The notes beneath the pieces were generated by a model that ran no database searches, was not told where the DNA came from, and worked only from the letters and a program-made list of their open reading frames with translations. Shown one piece after another: positions 35,324-49,000 of a stretch of DNA of 64,000 nt (its first letter is position 1; every line of letters begins with the position of its first letter). The DNA is from Mytilus trossulus (Eukaryota), in assembly GCF_036588685.1 (NCBI RefSeq), contig NC_086381.1:6758001-6822000 (forward strand). The letters are read 5' to 3'. The position numbers were made by a program, and so were the translations under genes.

Positions 35324-37967
35324 TTAATATGTTTGTCTTGTGGTGAACATGGTGAAGAAGGTTTTCTTTTAATTGAACTTTATATGAATTAAGTCAAGGA
35401 TGGGATAATAGTATATATTTTGTATAGATTATTTTGTGTTATCTAAATATTCTTTATTAATCTTCAATAATTCTAAATTTCTAAACATACCAGTCAACTA
35501 TTGCAAACAATTGCCAAACGTCATCACCATCAGTATCTACCACGTAATATAAACAACTACGTTAATGTCATCAATATCAATATTAGATCAATGGCAAATC
35601 ACAAAAGAAAGTCTTTGAGAAACAGGCAGAGTTTGTTATTAGGACTATAAACAATCCATCAAACTATACTATCTAAGGATTGGTCAGGTCAGCACTGATA
35701 TTAAATTCTTATTAATGGAAGATATTCACGCTGTAAAAAGATTGTACTAAGATCTTTATACGTTCGCGATACTTTTAAACTTCCGATCTCTTCTAATTCT
35801 ACTTCCGATATCGTTGCATTCTTAATCTAAGTTTTATTTCAAGAAAATCGAGATGATTAACTATTAATTTCTTTATATGTATCTCAGTTTTATTGATCAA
35901 ATGGCTTTTTAAAACTGTCAATTTATATAGAAATTGATTTTGTTATTATGTGTTTGTAAGTATAGCTATTAAAATCCGGTGTAAGCATCATTAGCCTGTT
36001 TAGGTATATACCTTTTACAAACTGTGTTTTTAATTTTGTAAATGTCTATTAGTAAAGAACAAAAATTGAGTAAAACTCTTCCTATATTTTAGTTGTGTTG
36101 CTGAGTTGCTGTCTCATTGAACTATATACCGGTATCACACATGCTTTATTCGTTTCAACTAAATGGCCGCGGTCGAAACTTATATCCATATGAACACATT
36201 CAAAATATGTTGCTTCATTTTATTTCCTTTGAAATGAATATTGAATTTTTGAATTTAAACATGACATCTGCGCAGTTTAATCAATTAATCATTTAAACCC
36301 TTGTCTCCGAGATATCGATTGAGGTAAACGTTTGTTTATTGAAATAAGAATTAAATCGAAACAATTGTAGGTGAAACAATCAAAATCGAAACATCTGCTT
36401 TTCATTTAAAAGGGCAACACTTTTTTTCGCTGCGACATTGGCCACTTTGTGTTATGATTGCCAATTATACAACTGAGGTAGTTGTTAGCAACTTTATGTC
36501 CAAGTTCCACTTTAAACCATTAGTAAAACAGGCTTTAAAAGTACCGAAAACTAGCATATAAGAAAACCAATGGATTGATGTATGTAAAATACAACAACTG
36601 AGTTATAGACCATATTGTTTTGGACAAGCACGGACAGAATGAGGGACAGTTTAACATGTCTTGGAAGTATTAAACTTGTTTGTTAAGATTATAATATGCT
36701 GTTTTAATTGATACGGTTTTGATATAACCAGTTACTTCCGTTTTTTTCAATAAGTAATAACTAGTAGATACACTTTAATTAAATAGTTGAAATGACATTG
36801 GAAACAATAATCAATCAATCAAGCGAGTAGTTTCTTATTCATTGATCAATAACTTGCACAACCTTCAATGTTTTTTTCTCACGTACCAGTTATTAATACT
36901 CATTCAAACAGAATGGTGAAAGAGAACATATCCATTTTGAGAAAAGTAATGTCAAATTGTTGGCGTGTTCTTTCATTACTACTTTAAACAACTTAATGTT
37001 ATCTAAAATCAATATAAATATTCCTAAGCTTTCTAAAGTCAAATTTGATTGATCTGTTATGCTGCTCAGCTATCGTCTTTCAATCGTAGGGTGTTTTTGT
37101 CTGAAGTTGTAATTAATATGTAAGATTTATAATTGCCAACCGGATAACTAGTTGTTTTTGATTGAGTTTAAAAATCTGAAACCGTTAAATTATCAATCAG
37201 GTCTAGCTTTACACTTGAATAAACTAGTTTGTATTAATATTAATATTTGATTTAAAAAAATACATAAGCAAATCGATTACTATAGGTTGTTGTTAGTATT
37301 GTGCAGATATAACCCTAACGGTCAGTGACTGATATCTCAAGTTTCAGTCGTATTTACATTAACAAAATATTTAGGGACGCTTTGTTTTCTATCATGCTGT
37401 TTTTGGTATCACTATGCAGAATTAATTGATACAGTTACACAATACGTATCCCGAAAATATTGTCAGAAATTTAGAAACTTGTGGTTTTTACCTATGATTG
37501 ATGAGCTATGAAAATAGGAATATTATAATTGTTACCTATGATTCCTTTTGTGAATACAATGGTACACAGAAAAGAATAATAACGAATTACAGTAAAATGT
37601 ACTGAATGTGTAGAAATTTGTACTAGCTTACATGCTAGCTGAACCGTGAAGGCAATATTTGGTAAGGAAAACTATCCTTCTTTCGGAGTAGTCCTGCGGA
37701 CAGATAGATCAGTTTTCTGTCAGACTTTTCTACTTTTAAAGAAGGGTAGTATACCTAACTTATAATCACTTCAAGGTTCAACTTGCAAGCAAGCTTGTCA
37801 AAGATAGAACCCTTATGCCGTAATAAAGTTTTCTTATGATCATTGAAACATGTGCACATTCAAAAGGATATATAAGTTAAACGTTAAAATCAAATAACAA
37901 ATAGTATAACAACATACATGCACATGTGCATTAAGAAGAAATTGACCCAAAATGATTTCTTGCATTT

Positions 37968-38282
37968 ATGCAGATATATCATTCTTTCGGTAGTTCTAGT
38001 TTTAGGTTCACACTTTCTTATACTAATTCAAGAGCAGATATAGCATACTTTCGGTAGTTCTAATTTTAATTTCAAACTTTCAAGTACCAAGAAAAGTGCA
38101 GATATAACATACTTTCATTAGTTCTAATTGTAGGTTGGAACTTTCTTGCTTTAAGAAAAGTGCAGATTTAACCTAGTTTCGGTAGTTTAAAGTTAAGATT
38201 CAACGTTCTTGTCTTAAGGCAAGTGCAGATATAACCTACTTTCTGAAGGTCTAAGTTTAGATTGAAACTTTCTAGTCCTAAA
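37968..38282. repeat. 64-bp degenerate tandem repeat x5
   Basis: GCAGAT(A/T)TA..TTTC..TAG recurs at ~37970, 38034, 38098, 38162 and 38225. Confidence 0.8.
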
Positions 38283-38421
38283 TTAAAACGACAGTAGTCA
38301 ACCGATGTTCAAATCTCGTTAATCGACTAGTACGATACATACCGAAGGAATAGACATAAACTAAGGGAATCGGATGTATTGAACTAACATGATTAATAAG
38401 ACATTTAAACACAAGTGAGAC

Positions 38422-38640
38422 ACAAATATATCAATACAAGTTAACACTCACATATCACCAGAGAACAACAAATATATCAATACAAGTTAATCAGTATAGT
38501 AAAACACTCACATATCACCAGAGAACAAGAAAATACAAGTTAATCAGTATAGTCAAACACTCACAGATCACCAGAGAACAAGAAAATACAAGTTAATCAG
38601 TATAGTCAAACACTCACATATCACCAGAGAACAAGAAAAA
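38422..38640. repeat. ~53-bp tandem repeat x4
   Basis: AATACAAGTTAATCAGTATAGTCAAACACTCACATATCACCAGAGAACAAG. Confidence 0.85.
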
Positions 38641-41600
38641 AACTTCGTATTTAAAATTCTCACCTAATCAACCAGTGACCTTCTAATAGAAAAAAAAATG
38701 ATCAGGCTCAATTAAATATTTTTGAATTCTTTTGTTTTATTTGCAATATGTTTGTTTTATTTATACTAAGGGTGTTAAGGAGCTTGACATACTGATACAT
38801 ACTTATCTCAACAACATCCCTTATTGTATATATTGAAGAGAATAGCTTAATGCGTTAAATTAATACAAAAAAATACCTATAAAACCCCTCAATTACTCCC
38901 TCCCCCGTTTCTATACAATACGTGTGTAAGTAACAACGAAAGGCAACTTAGCTACCTAAGGTGACTCAGAAACAAAATAACATTGCCAAATATAATAAGG
39001 TTTGTATTTCATCTTTCCTCAGCTTGAGATTATCGGTTAAATAGTTTATTTACATTTTCTTTTCATTTACTTTCTCGTCACTAAGTCTGCAAACATTGAT
39101 TCTTGTTGAAAGACTGTAATGAAAATTTGATCGAAAACTAATGGATTTATTGCAGAATTTCAAGTACACTGTAGAAGGAGCACGTTCTAACATGATGGTT
39201 TGTACTATTATGTAGTATATACTTCTGGAACCCAAGCTAGAACAGCAGTGGAGCTAGTGTTCTATCTATCTAAATTTAAGTTTCTAGTTATGGATTGACT
39301 TAAACAATTCTGTAGATCATTTTTGCTTAATTTATTGATTCTCTCATTATGTGAATTGTTTTTTTTAATCATTTTGATGTTTCCCTGTAAAATTACTGTA
39401 AACATTTAGAAGAAATATTAAACGAAATACAATTTTAACTATGTATCCGATTTAGCTACGTTTCCGATATTGTATTTCGACTAAAATAGTCAGAATACAT
39501 AAACAACATAAAGCTTAAGTTTTCTTTTGTGTTATTATTGTTGGTATGTTTATTTACCTTATTTTATTTCACTGATTTTTTGTTTGGAAGAAAAATAAAT
39601 ACACGTCAATAAGAAAAATATAAAAAATGAAAATTCAGGCTTAATAATTTATAATTTAAATGTGCGTTTCGTCAACAAAAGGCTCATCAGTGACGCTGAT
39701 AAAAACAAATTGACGGCCAAACAAAGTAGATAAACAAAACGCAAATGCCATCATTGTGTGAAATACATTGTTTATAATAAAATGTAGTCATTGCAAGTCG
39801 AAGAACACAGTTGTGAATAAATCTAGCAGGGCCTAGAATCAAATTAAATCAACCCGTCATTCCCAAATATACCCCCCCCCCCCCCAAAAAAAAAGCAAAG
39901 CAACAGCAACAGGAATTAGATTTAGGCTAATTGTAGATCTGAAAATTTTACCTGTTAATCAGTTTACTTAAACGGCACTTTACATAAAACAAAATTCAAT
40001 AAGAAAAAATGGAAAATACTTAATCTCTCTAATAAGCTTATAATACCTTATTTTAAAAACACATTACAAGTAATGTACACAACATAAAATAAACATAAAC
40101 TACATCATATCAAAATTAAAAATAGTTTCATGATGGGATCTAGGTAAGCAGTCTTCTTATTTGAATAAGTTCGCTCAGTTCCTTGACTTATTAGATTTGT
40201 TTTATTTAGTTTTGATGTCGATAAGCTGAATGTTCATGTCTTCGTGACTTTCGTTATTATTCTTAACATGTAATAGCAGATCACCAATAAAGACTACCCT
40301 TCACCCACATTCTACTTTATAATCATGGATCTATTTATAACAATACTATTTCAATTTTTGATTGGCATGATTTTTTTGTGTTAAAGATGAACTCGTTATA
40401 ATTGTTGATAAGCGTTTTACTAAGCATTCCTTTCTGTTAAACCTTTTGCTGATGCATAAGATTGATATGGGTGTTGGCATTTTCTTTGAACACTTTGGCA
40501 GAATCTATTATATGTACGTTGAAAATCTTATGTAATAACAGTTTGAGCTTGTCTCTGGTGCACAATGTATGCACAAGTTTTTTGCTCAACTGTTCAATAC
40601 GATAACACTCATTTCTGTTTTAACAAGGTCAAATGCAATCCTTAATTAAACTCAATTTCGGTTAACTTTACTGGAAACAGTCGTAATATATAAAAGTCAA
40701 AACTTCAAAACCACGTCCACTCTGTGTTTTTGTTATATGTATTTCTATTTATTTTTTTATATAAGCAAGTATTAAATTAAAATTGAGAATGAATAAACAG
40801 ATGAAAAACTTTGAGAGAAGTTATATTTTGCTGTGTGTTCCAAACATATTTATGTTATACGTTTTCACTGTAGTAAAACACATTATAACACTCAGTCAAA
40901 TGTCGTCTTTTTAAACATGAGAAAACAGCTGCGTAGAAATAAAAACGTTATTACAGAGAACAGGTATCTTAATTGAATCTGTTATGAGTCGTATACTTAC
41001 CGAGACAAGATTTAGATGATTTAAAAACGCTAATTGCTATTTGTCAAATCAATAAATATTCATATTTAAACGATATCAATAGGACAATTATAAACAGTGA
41101 GTTGAAGAAGTACAGCACCAACATGGAAAAAGTCAACGTCAAATCTAACTCCTTCCCATACAAGTATAACAACAAATTACTGTTGATTGAGTGAATAATT
41201 TCAGCGATATCGTCCTTAATGTCGATTTGCATAACATAATTATGTGTGTTACTTACAGTACACGGTCTGCGTTTGGTTCATGTTGCTTTGTTTTCAAATG
41301 TTTTATTTTCCGTGTTTGCTATGGCGGTGTCACTTTATTCGACTTATAAGGTTGAATTTCCGTAGACATCGTTGGAATCTGTTATACATATTTAAAAAAA
41401 AACCACAGAAATAAAACAACAGATTGGGTAAAACTATGACATCATAATAATTAAATATGCTATTAATACGTTTAAGTTTCTATAATATTTTTTTGTATTT
41501 TCTTGATTAAAAATTAATTGTTTAAACTATGTGTTGCTGCATATTCAATAACAATACGTAATTTGATTTTTTGTAAACGAATCGATTGAAATTTTTTTAA

Positions 41601-44600
41601 GAACTTATGGTTATATTTGACATTATAAAACAATTGATTAACCCTTCTATTTTCATTTCAAATTGAAAAAATAGGAAATCATAATTGATCCAAGCTTTAT
41701 ATAATTAGTTAAGAGTTAAGAACAGGAAATCCCAAATACCTGCAAAATAGAATGATGAAACGTACTATGAAAATACATGTAATGTAAATACGTGCTCTGA
41801 GCAATGGAGAACGTGGTTCTAAGAATTGATATTAACGACTTGCTTATCTTCCCAATTGTGTGACAATTATTTCAGAAACAACAAAAAATCACTCGATTCC
41901 TGTTACGGCATATATTATATGCTATAAAAGCCATTAATACATTAGTGCTTCTCTGTTTACATAATTATCATATTTTTTTCATTTTCACCTAAAATTATTA
42001 GACAAAAGCCACCGAAACAAACATTCGCCCTTTATTTGGAAATTTTCGTGCACGAGATATTTTGAACCAGAACATTTACAAGGATAATTTTTGATGCCTT
42101 CATGTTTGTTTATTCCACTTTACAAGGTTTAAGCCACAATTGTCTACGTAAGGAAATGCCGGTACCAAGTAAGGAATATGAAAGTTGGTTTTTTATTCGT
42201 CTGATGTGTATGAGCTATTGATTTTGTCCTTTGATAATAGACTTTCCGTTTTGAATTTTCCTCGGTATCAGTGTTTAGTTTTTTTTCACTTTTCGCATTT
42301 ACCTTCTTTAAAACTGTTATGAATATTTTCGTTATCTGTATTTATTCAAGAACGTAGAAAAATGACTTGTAGTTTTCGTGCATCCACCTTGTATATAATG
42401 TCATTATAAGACAAATATCTATTGCATGTAGTCATGTTATATTGACTTTCAGCATCACACAAAACAACAGTTTGTATGCATCAAACACGGGTGTGACTTT
42501 AAAAGAATGTGATTGTGTTTGTTCAAGATTGAAGATTCTGAATGAAAGTCACTCATCGTTTCGAACTAGCGTTATTTAGCAAATCACCATGACAAACTAT
42601 GGAAGGAATTCATTACCTTACCTTCTTATTATAACGCAATTTATTTCATTGATCGTGATCATTACATAACAAAAATAGTTACATGGTTCGAATTTATACT
42701 TAACCATTTTAAATAGGATAAACTCATCAAAGATACAAGTAGAGATTAACGCCTTTTTCTTAACCCTCATTCCAAATTCTTTCACACCTTTCTATAGAAT
42801 GAAACTTTGTGCCTGACGTTTAGAGCAGTTAATTATGCCATTGAGTAAACAGATGTGCCAGCTTTATTTGATCCAACGGCTATTCGGTACACTTGTATTT
42901 CTAATTAATCATTCCTTGTTTCAGCTATGATTTGATCCATTTCATCCAAACAGTACATTCATGATTTAATACAACAGAATAAGCATAAATATTCAGTTAT
43001 GTAACACTTGCCTTCGTCAAGCGTTGATAACTCTAGTATAATCAATAGTAGTTGGGTTTATTTATAACAATGATGAATAACATTGTGATAAGAACACGGT
43101 AATGTTAAGATTCTTTTTAAAGAAAACAAAAAACCTTCATTTGATGTTTGTGGTTAAATTGAATGAGCCTTATGAGCACATTATTGGTGTATCTAAACCT
43201 TTCTACTTTGTGACAATTGTGTTTCCTTATTTGGATTAAATTTAACTATGCTAACGAAATGATCTTCATTGAAAGCGTATCCAAACAAGTACCATTTTTT
43301 TTAAACTTTTGATTTCGGAATGTATTCAAATGTTATTGAATGATTCAAAATACGTAATTTTATATGTTTTTCAATAAATTTGTACGGCTGTCACTTTTAA
43401 CAAATTATCAAATGTAAATGGGACTTGTCTTCATTGCCACGTTTTGCTACATGATTTCAAAAAATGACACAGTATAATTAATCTATCAGATAACATGTAT
43501 CTGGTATTCACGAAATATCTGTCGGTAGGATAACTGGTTTTTTCCGTAGCATTGTCTTGCACAAGCTGAAGAATTTCGTCTACTTGTTTTAATGCTCAAC
43601 TTGAGATTGATAAATTATGACCTGTAGAACTGTGTTTGAACAGTGGAAATGACAACCAATCAAAAGAGGAGTTATATATCATAGTTCATAGTCTTAATTT
43701 TTATAAATATATTGACTAACTTGATTCATAAAAATAGTCGCACGTAAAACTATATTTTCAAAGGTCGACTGAACCGGCGGATAGAAAAAGAATTATTTTT
43801 TAGAGTATCTGTAATCTAATATAATGCGACGTCATTTAACGAATTTCATGATATTATTAAAAGTTTTTAAAAGGTGTATACTTTCGATTGCTTATTTGAA
43901 AAATATAAATGATCATAACTGTACACCAAAGAGTCATTAAACCATATATTGGTATTTTCAAGAGGCGATATGATACATGTATCTATAAAATTTCAACAAA
44001 ATTTAATGATCAAAAATAAAATAAAATATAATGCACTACAAATTATGATTCAGGGATAGTTGGAAATTAATAATAAAGCAACTGTAGCCTTTGCACGAGA
44101 TTAGTATATGATAAATCCAACCAAAGAAGTATATCGACCTCGGACTTCGTCATCAGTGAATATACTTTTGTTAGCTCAATATATCCTTGTATATACCTCG
44201 TGCAAATGGTCTAATTGTATAACACAAACGGTACATAGACACCTTTCTATATCTATGATCAACACATTATATTTAATAAAGATATGGACAACATCACTTT
44301 GTAAATATATATTTAGGTTCAATATGTCTTATAAGTAAATACTATGATATTACTATTAGTAATACAATTAACAATATTAATTTTACTGCGGGAGATACAC
44401 ATTTCCACAATTAATGTCCAGAATTGTGTATTTATAAATATTTAGAGTCCAGACTATTTTTAAAATCAAAAACCTAATACAAATGTCGAAAGGCTGATTA
44501 GCCAAGAAAAAACAAATTAAAGTAAACCTAAACATATACAAAAAGTTAGGGCTTTACATGAAAAATATGGTTTCTTATTGGTCAAGTGATTTCTAAAATT

Positions 44601-45689
44601 TTATAGCATAAAATTTCAATATCTGTTGCATATTTTTTAGCTATTGGTATGTTGCACGTCTAAAATGTCCAAATAAATTGTCATTATAGGTCTCGAATGT
44701 CTATTCTAACATGCTCTTCACATTATATTGATATTCAATCGTACATGTCTGTTCTAAAGTTTCAGGATTGAATCCGCCTCTTCATTAATTAAAAAAACTA
44801 TTAAAACGATTACTCCTATGTTGACTAGCATTGTATGCTATACAATTGTTTTATTACATTTGAAATAGTTTTATAACAGCCAAAAGTTTTTAAAATTATA
44901 AGAAAACAAGCCTTTTTTCTTAGTAAATACGCTAAATGTAAATGAATGTTCGAAATTCTCATTGTAATTTTTCTTCATGCTTGCATTGTTTAAATCAATC
45001 CACATTTCTCTTAAGTTGAAGCTTTGATCTTTCAAGTTCTTTAGATACATTTTAGTGCAACATGCACGTAAAACATTCGTGTTATCTTTTCTCCATCTAT
45101 TTTTATAATTAAATCAAAGTAAGAAAAATAATATCCTCCAATCTCAATCAATAATTTTTAAAATCATGCAGTTCGTAAATGAATATTGCCTGTTTTACAG
45201 ACATCATTTCTGTAATGTAGGTGTCTGATGAATACTTGTGGTTTTTGTGTTTAGCCTGTCATTACTGCAATCCATGCTGTGTTATTGAAATACTCATTAA
45301 TGATATTATGTTGTGAAGTTAGTGGTTTCATTTACAACAAATTTAATTAGTACAGTTCACATGCTCTTGTGTGAGCTAATGTTGTATGTGTATTCTAGTT
45401 TTCTTCTGGTTGCGTATACCACTTACATGTTTACTGATTTCGGTGTATGTATAAACTGATATTTGGGTACCTCATAATCAAAAGACGAACGATAATCAAA
45501 CAAGTTAACCAGATTAACATAAAAAAAGGCAAAATGAGAGCAACATATATAAAGGATCATCAGTAGCACACGTCGTCCCAAGTACAAAAAGGGCACAAAT
45601 ACTACGTCATAAAAAGATACGACCACCACAGTCGCCGGTTAAATTGCAAAATGGTTTAAATTTTAGCAATACTAGTAAATGGGCGGAGT

Positions 45690-46050
45690 AGAGAAACACT
45701 TTATACGTTAATTTCATGAAAAGTCTTCCTTATTAGAGAACAAGACAGATGCCAATAATATTTTAATAGAAGACGATGTTTTGAATATGTTTATATATGT
45801 TTTGACTGACAACTTATTTGTCAAGTTTGATTTATTTAAATTTCATCACACAGTTATTCCAATGGGTACTAATTGTGCACCCTTATCTGATTGAAATGTT
45901 TCTTTTTTGTTTTTATGAAAAGGAATTCTTTCAAAACATTTACCGAAGACAAAATAATGCATCTTGTTAAGATCTTCGATATTAAGTTCAGATATTTTCT
46001 TATACATGTAAGTGCTGTCACATTATAATCTAATTTTAAGGAAGCTCTTA
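45690..46050 (+). pseudogene. Degraded Penelope-like reverse transcriptase fragment
   Basis: EDDVLNMFIYVLTDNLFVKF...HTV-IPMGTNCAPL followed by a stop and frameshifts, then YEKEF...FRY...VLS. This matches the PLE RT pattern GIPMGTNCAPL...FRYIDDVLS. Confidence 0.8.
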
Positions 46051-49000
46051 TCTCATATTTAAAAAAATTATAAATCATCCAAAAAACGAACCCCCAGGAA
46101 AATTCCAAACGGAAATTACCTTCTCAAATGTCAAACTCAAAAGCTCAAACAAACGAATGGATAACAACTCTCATATTTCTGACTTGCAATTTGTACAGGC
46201 TTTTTCCTATGTAAAAAAGATGGATGAAACCTGGTTTTATAGGTAGCTAAACCTCCTACTTTTATCGAAGTGAACTATACTTTAACAAAATTCTGGCAGT
46301 CTAACGTGATGTCACTACTTTTATTTCCCCCATCTCGCAGTAGTAAAATACCTTGATTACAGATTGTTTATTTATTCAATAATTATAAATAAGTCTTTCT
46401 ACATGTTCTACTTCAGTTCTTGCTTTGAAAATAACGACTAAAACCTCCTGTTTTAGGTCTTTTTAAATATACACAAATGGCAGTCCAAATATACGGTAAT
46501 GATTCCTTCTTCGTAATATATCAATAAAATAGCCGATCACATGTCTTTTATCATATGCGGTAATTGTTCAAACCTAAATGTTTGAATGTCATAAACAAAA
46601 TCTAACTTTTTATCAATCAAAAGCCTTTTTCTACTTACTAGTAGGTTATTGATAATGAATACTGAAGTGCATGGTAATGAATAATGTATCATCTGCATAT
46701 GCATGTATTGGTAAAATAATACAAAAAATGCAAATGTGTTGCTCATAAAAAAAAGTTAAATCACAAAAATACTGAATTTAGCAAAATCAAATGACAAAAC
46801 ACATAAAAAACGAATGGAAAAGGACTGTCATATTCCTGACATGGTAGAGGTATTTTCAAATGTAGAAAATGGTGGATTGAACCTGATTTTATGATGCGTG
46901 AACTAAAAGACATAATAATTTTAAAATAATCAAAATATGGGTACAGCAGTCACCATCGTGTAACATTTATGTATCATCTCCATGGATAGTCAATTATTTA
47001 AATGTTGTTTTATTCATCAAATCCCTTAACACCATAGTCATGTGGTAATGTAAATGGATTGCAAAAGACGGACTTATAAAATGTGTGTGTTTTTTAAAAT
47101 CTTTTGGATAGATGATGAATGATTATTAAAGAGATAACTAAATATTAAAATCAGGCAGGATATTGCAACAAAGCCGACAATTTGGTTCAGATGACTATTC
47201 ATGCAAAATTTATGATATTAAGTGTGTTCTTCAGTCATGTTCTCTTCATAACAACATAATGTGTAAATAAAGTCATCATAGTTATCTGGACTGAGTCGAC
47301 TTTGGTAATTTCGTTAAGTTTCTACCCAAAAGTTATTTTAAACACATTGGAATTTTTATCGGATATATTTTGTTATTTAAGGTTTTTGGATCTTTAAGAT
47401 CTAGACATACGATCTTAATGTCAGTATTTCTTAATTCTTTGCATAGGATACAATATAATGCATAGCAGGTGTATTTTGCTTGGGTAGTGGAATGATTCGA
47501 ATATTTCTTATCGTTCATAAAGGATCACAGATTTTAAATCATATGTTTTTATTATTAACATTTACATGTATATGTTAAAATGTGAGATCATAATTTGTTC
47601 TGTATCATTATGTACCTGGCATAATGATTTGTTTTACACTTTGAACCCTAGAGTGAGTAATAAGTAAAATTTTACTGAATGTACAATTGTAAACAATTTC
47701 GAAAAAACCAACATTTACACATGTAAGTATCCCTTTTCAATGATGAATGACCGTTGTCTATCAGTTCTATATCTATCGTATGGTATTTATAATTAACTTA
47801 CCACTTCAAACACTTAAATGAATAACACATATGTCTCTATGGTGGTTACAAGAGTTGAAATGGTTATTGAGTGCTTGGTTATATGTTCACAAGAATGTGG
47901 AAACATTTTACACGTGTTTCATAATTGATTTTGTGCTTTTATTAATTTTAAACAAGAACTTTTTATGATCATTTTTGTGTAATGTAGCTCTGAATTGACA
48001 TTTCTAAATCAATTTTTCTTTTCTTTTCTTTATTACATTTTTTATATCTATTCAGTGACACAAGAATAAAAAAAAATATATAAAGGGACACAAGATACAA
48101 ATAGGACAATCAATACATAGTTATTATTGTAGTAGAGCCCTATTTATCTATTCACGTTTAAAACCCCGACACTTGTTTAATGCATTCGTATTCAACAATT
48201 CATCTAGTTTCAGCAAATGTTTCCACGTAATCAAAGATAAATTTATTGCTAAATTAACGTAGAATTCTTTGCGTTTGAACATTTCTTAATTCGATCTAAT
48301 TGCTACAAACTTATTTAGAGGAAACATTGAGTTAACCAAACTGTCTACTTAACTCTATTTAGGTGTGTCGCTTTAACTCGGGTTTTGCTACATGTAATTT
48401 CCTGAAATCGTAAAGAATCGATAAAATTTCTTGCATATAACATACTATAAATAAAGTTAAATGTGAACAAAAGTTGAAATTGTTTTCGTGTTAATTAAAA
48501 AATTGTAACAATTTTCAAGTTGTATGTTGACCTTTTGTGTATCCACTGTAAGTGAAGGAAGTTAATATTGTTTTAGTATTTTGGAACAGATTTTACTATT
48601 CTCGTTAGTATTTAACGTGAAGGCTTCCTCGTTTTCATAAATTTGATTTGAAATGACGGTGGCCATAAATATAATTAACCTTTTTTACGTTCGAATATGA
48701 TAAACCCCCATTGCACTTACATTTCTAATACAAAAGTTAAACCGCAAGAAACTGTTTTGTCTAAGTTTTAATTATAAAATGTGGTAAATTTAGATTATGA
48801 TAGTATTGGTATTGTTAGAGGAATGCCTACCACCGTTTTCCGTTTTCCCTTACTGTCACTGGTATGATAATTAAATGGTGTATTTAAAACTTCCGTAAAG
48901 CTCTCACGGGTCAAAATTCATCGCTGACAATCTGCTGGCTACACAAAGTCATTTAAATTATATGAACAGTCTCGGTCCTACAAGATTTGCACCCGTTTTT

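Noticed and set aside
40150-40700. Possible decayed coding sequence on the minus strand (CIHC motif)
   Set aside because: It has multiple stops and I could not assign a family.
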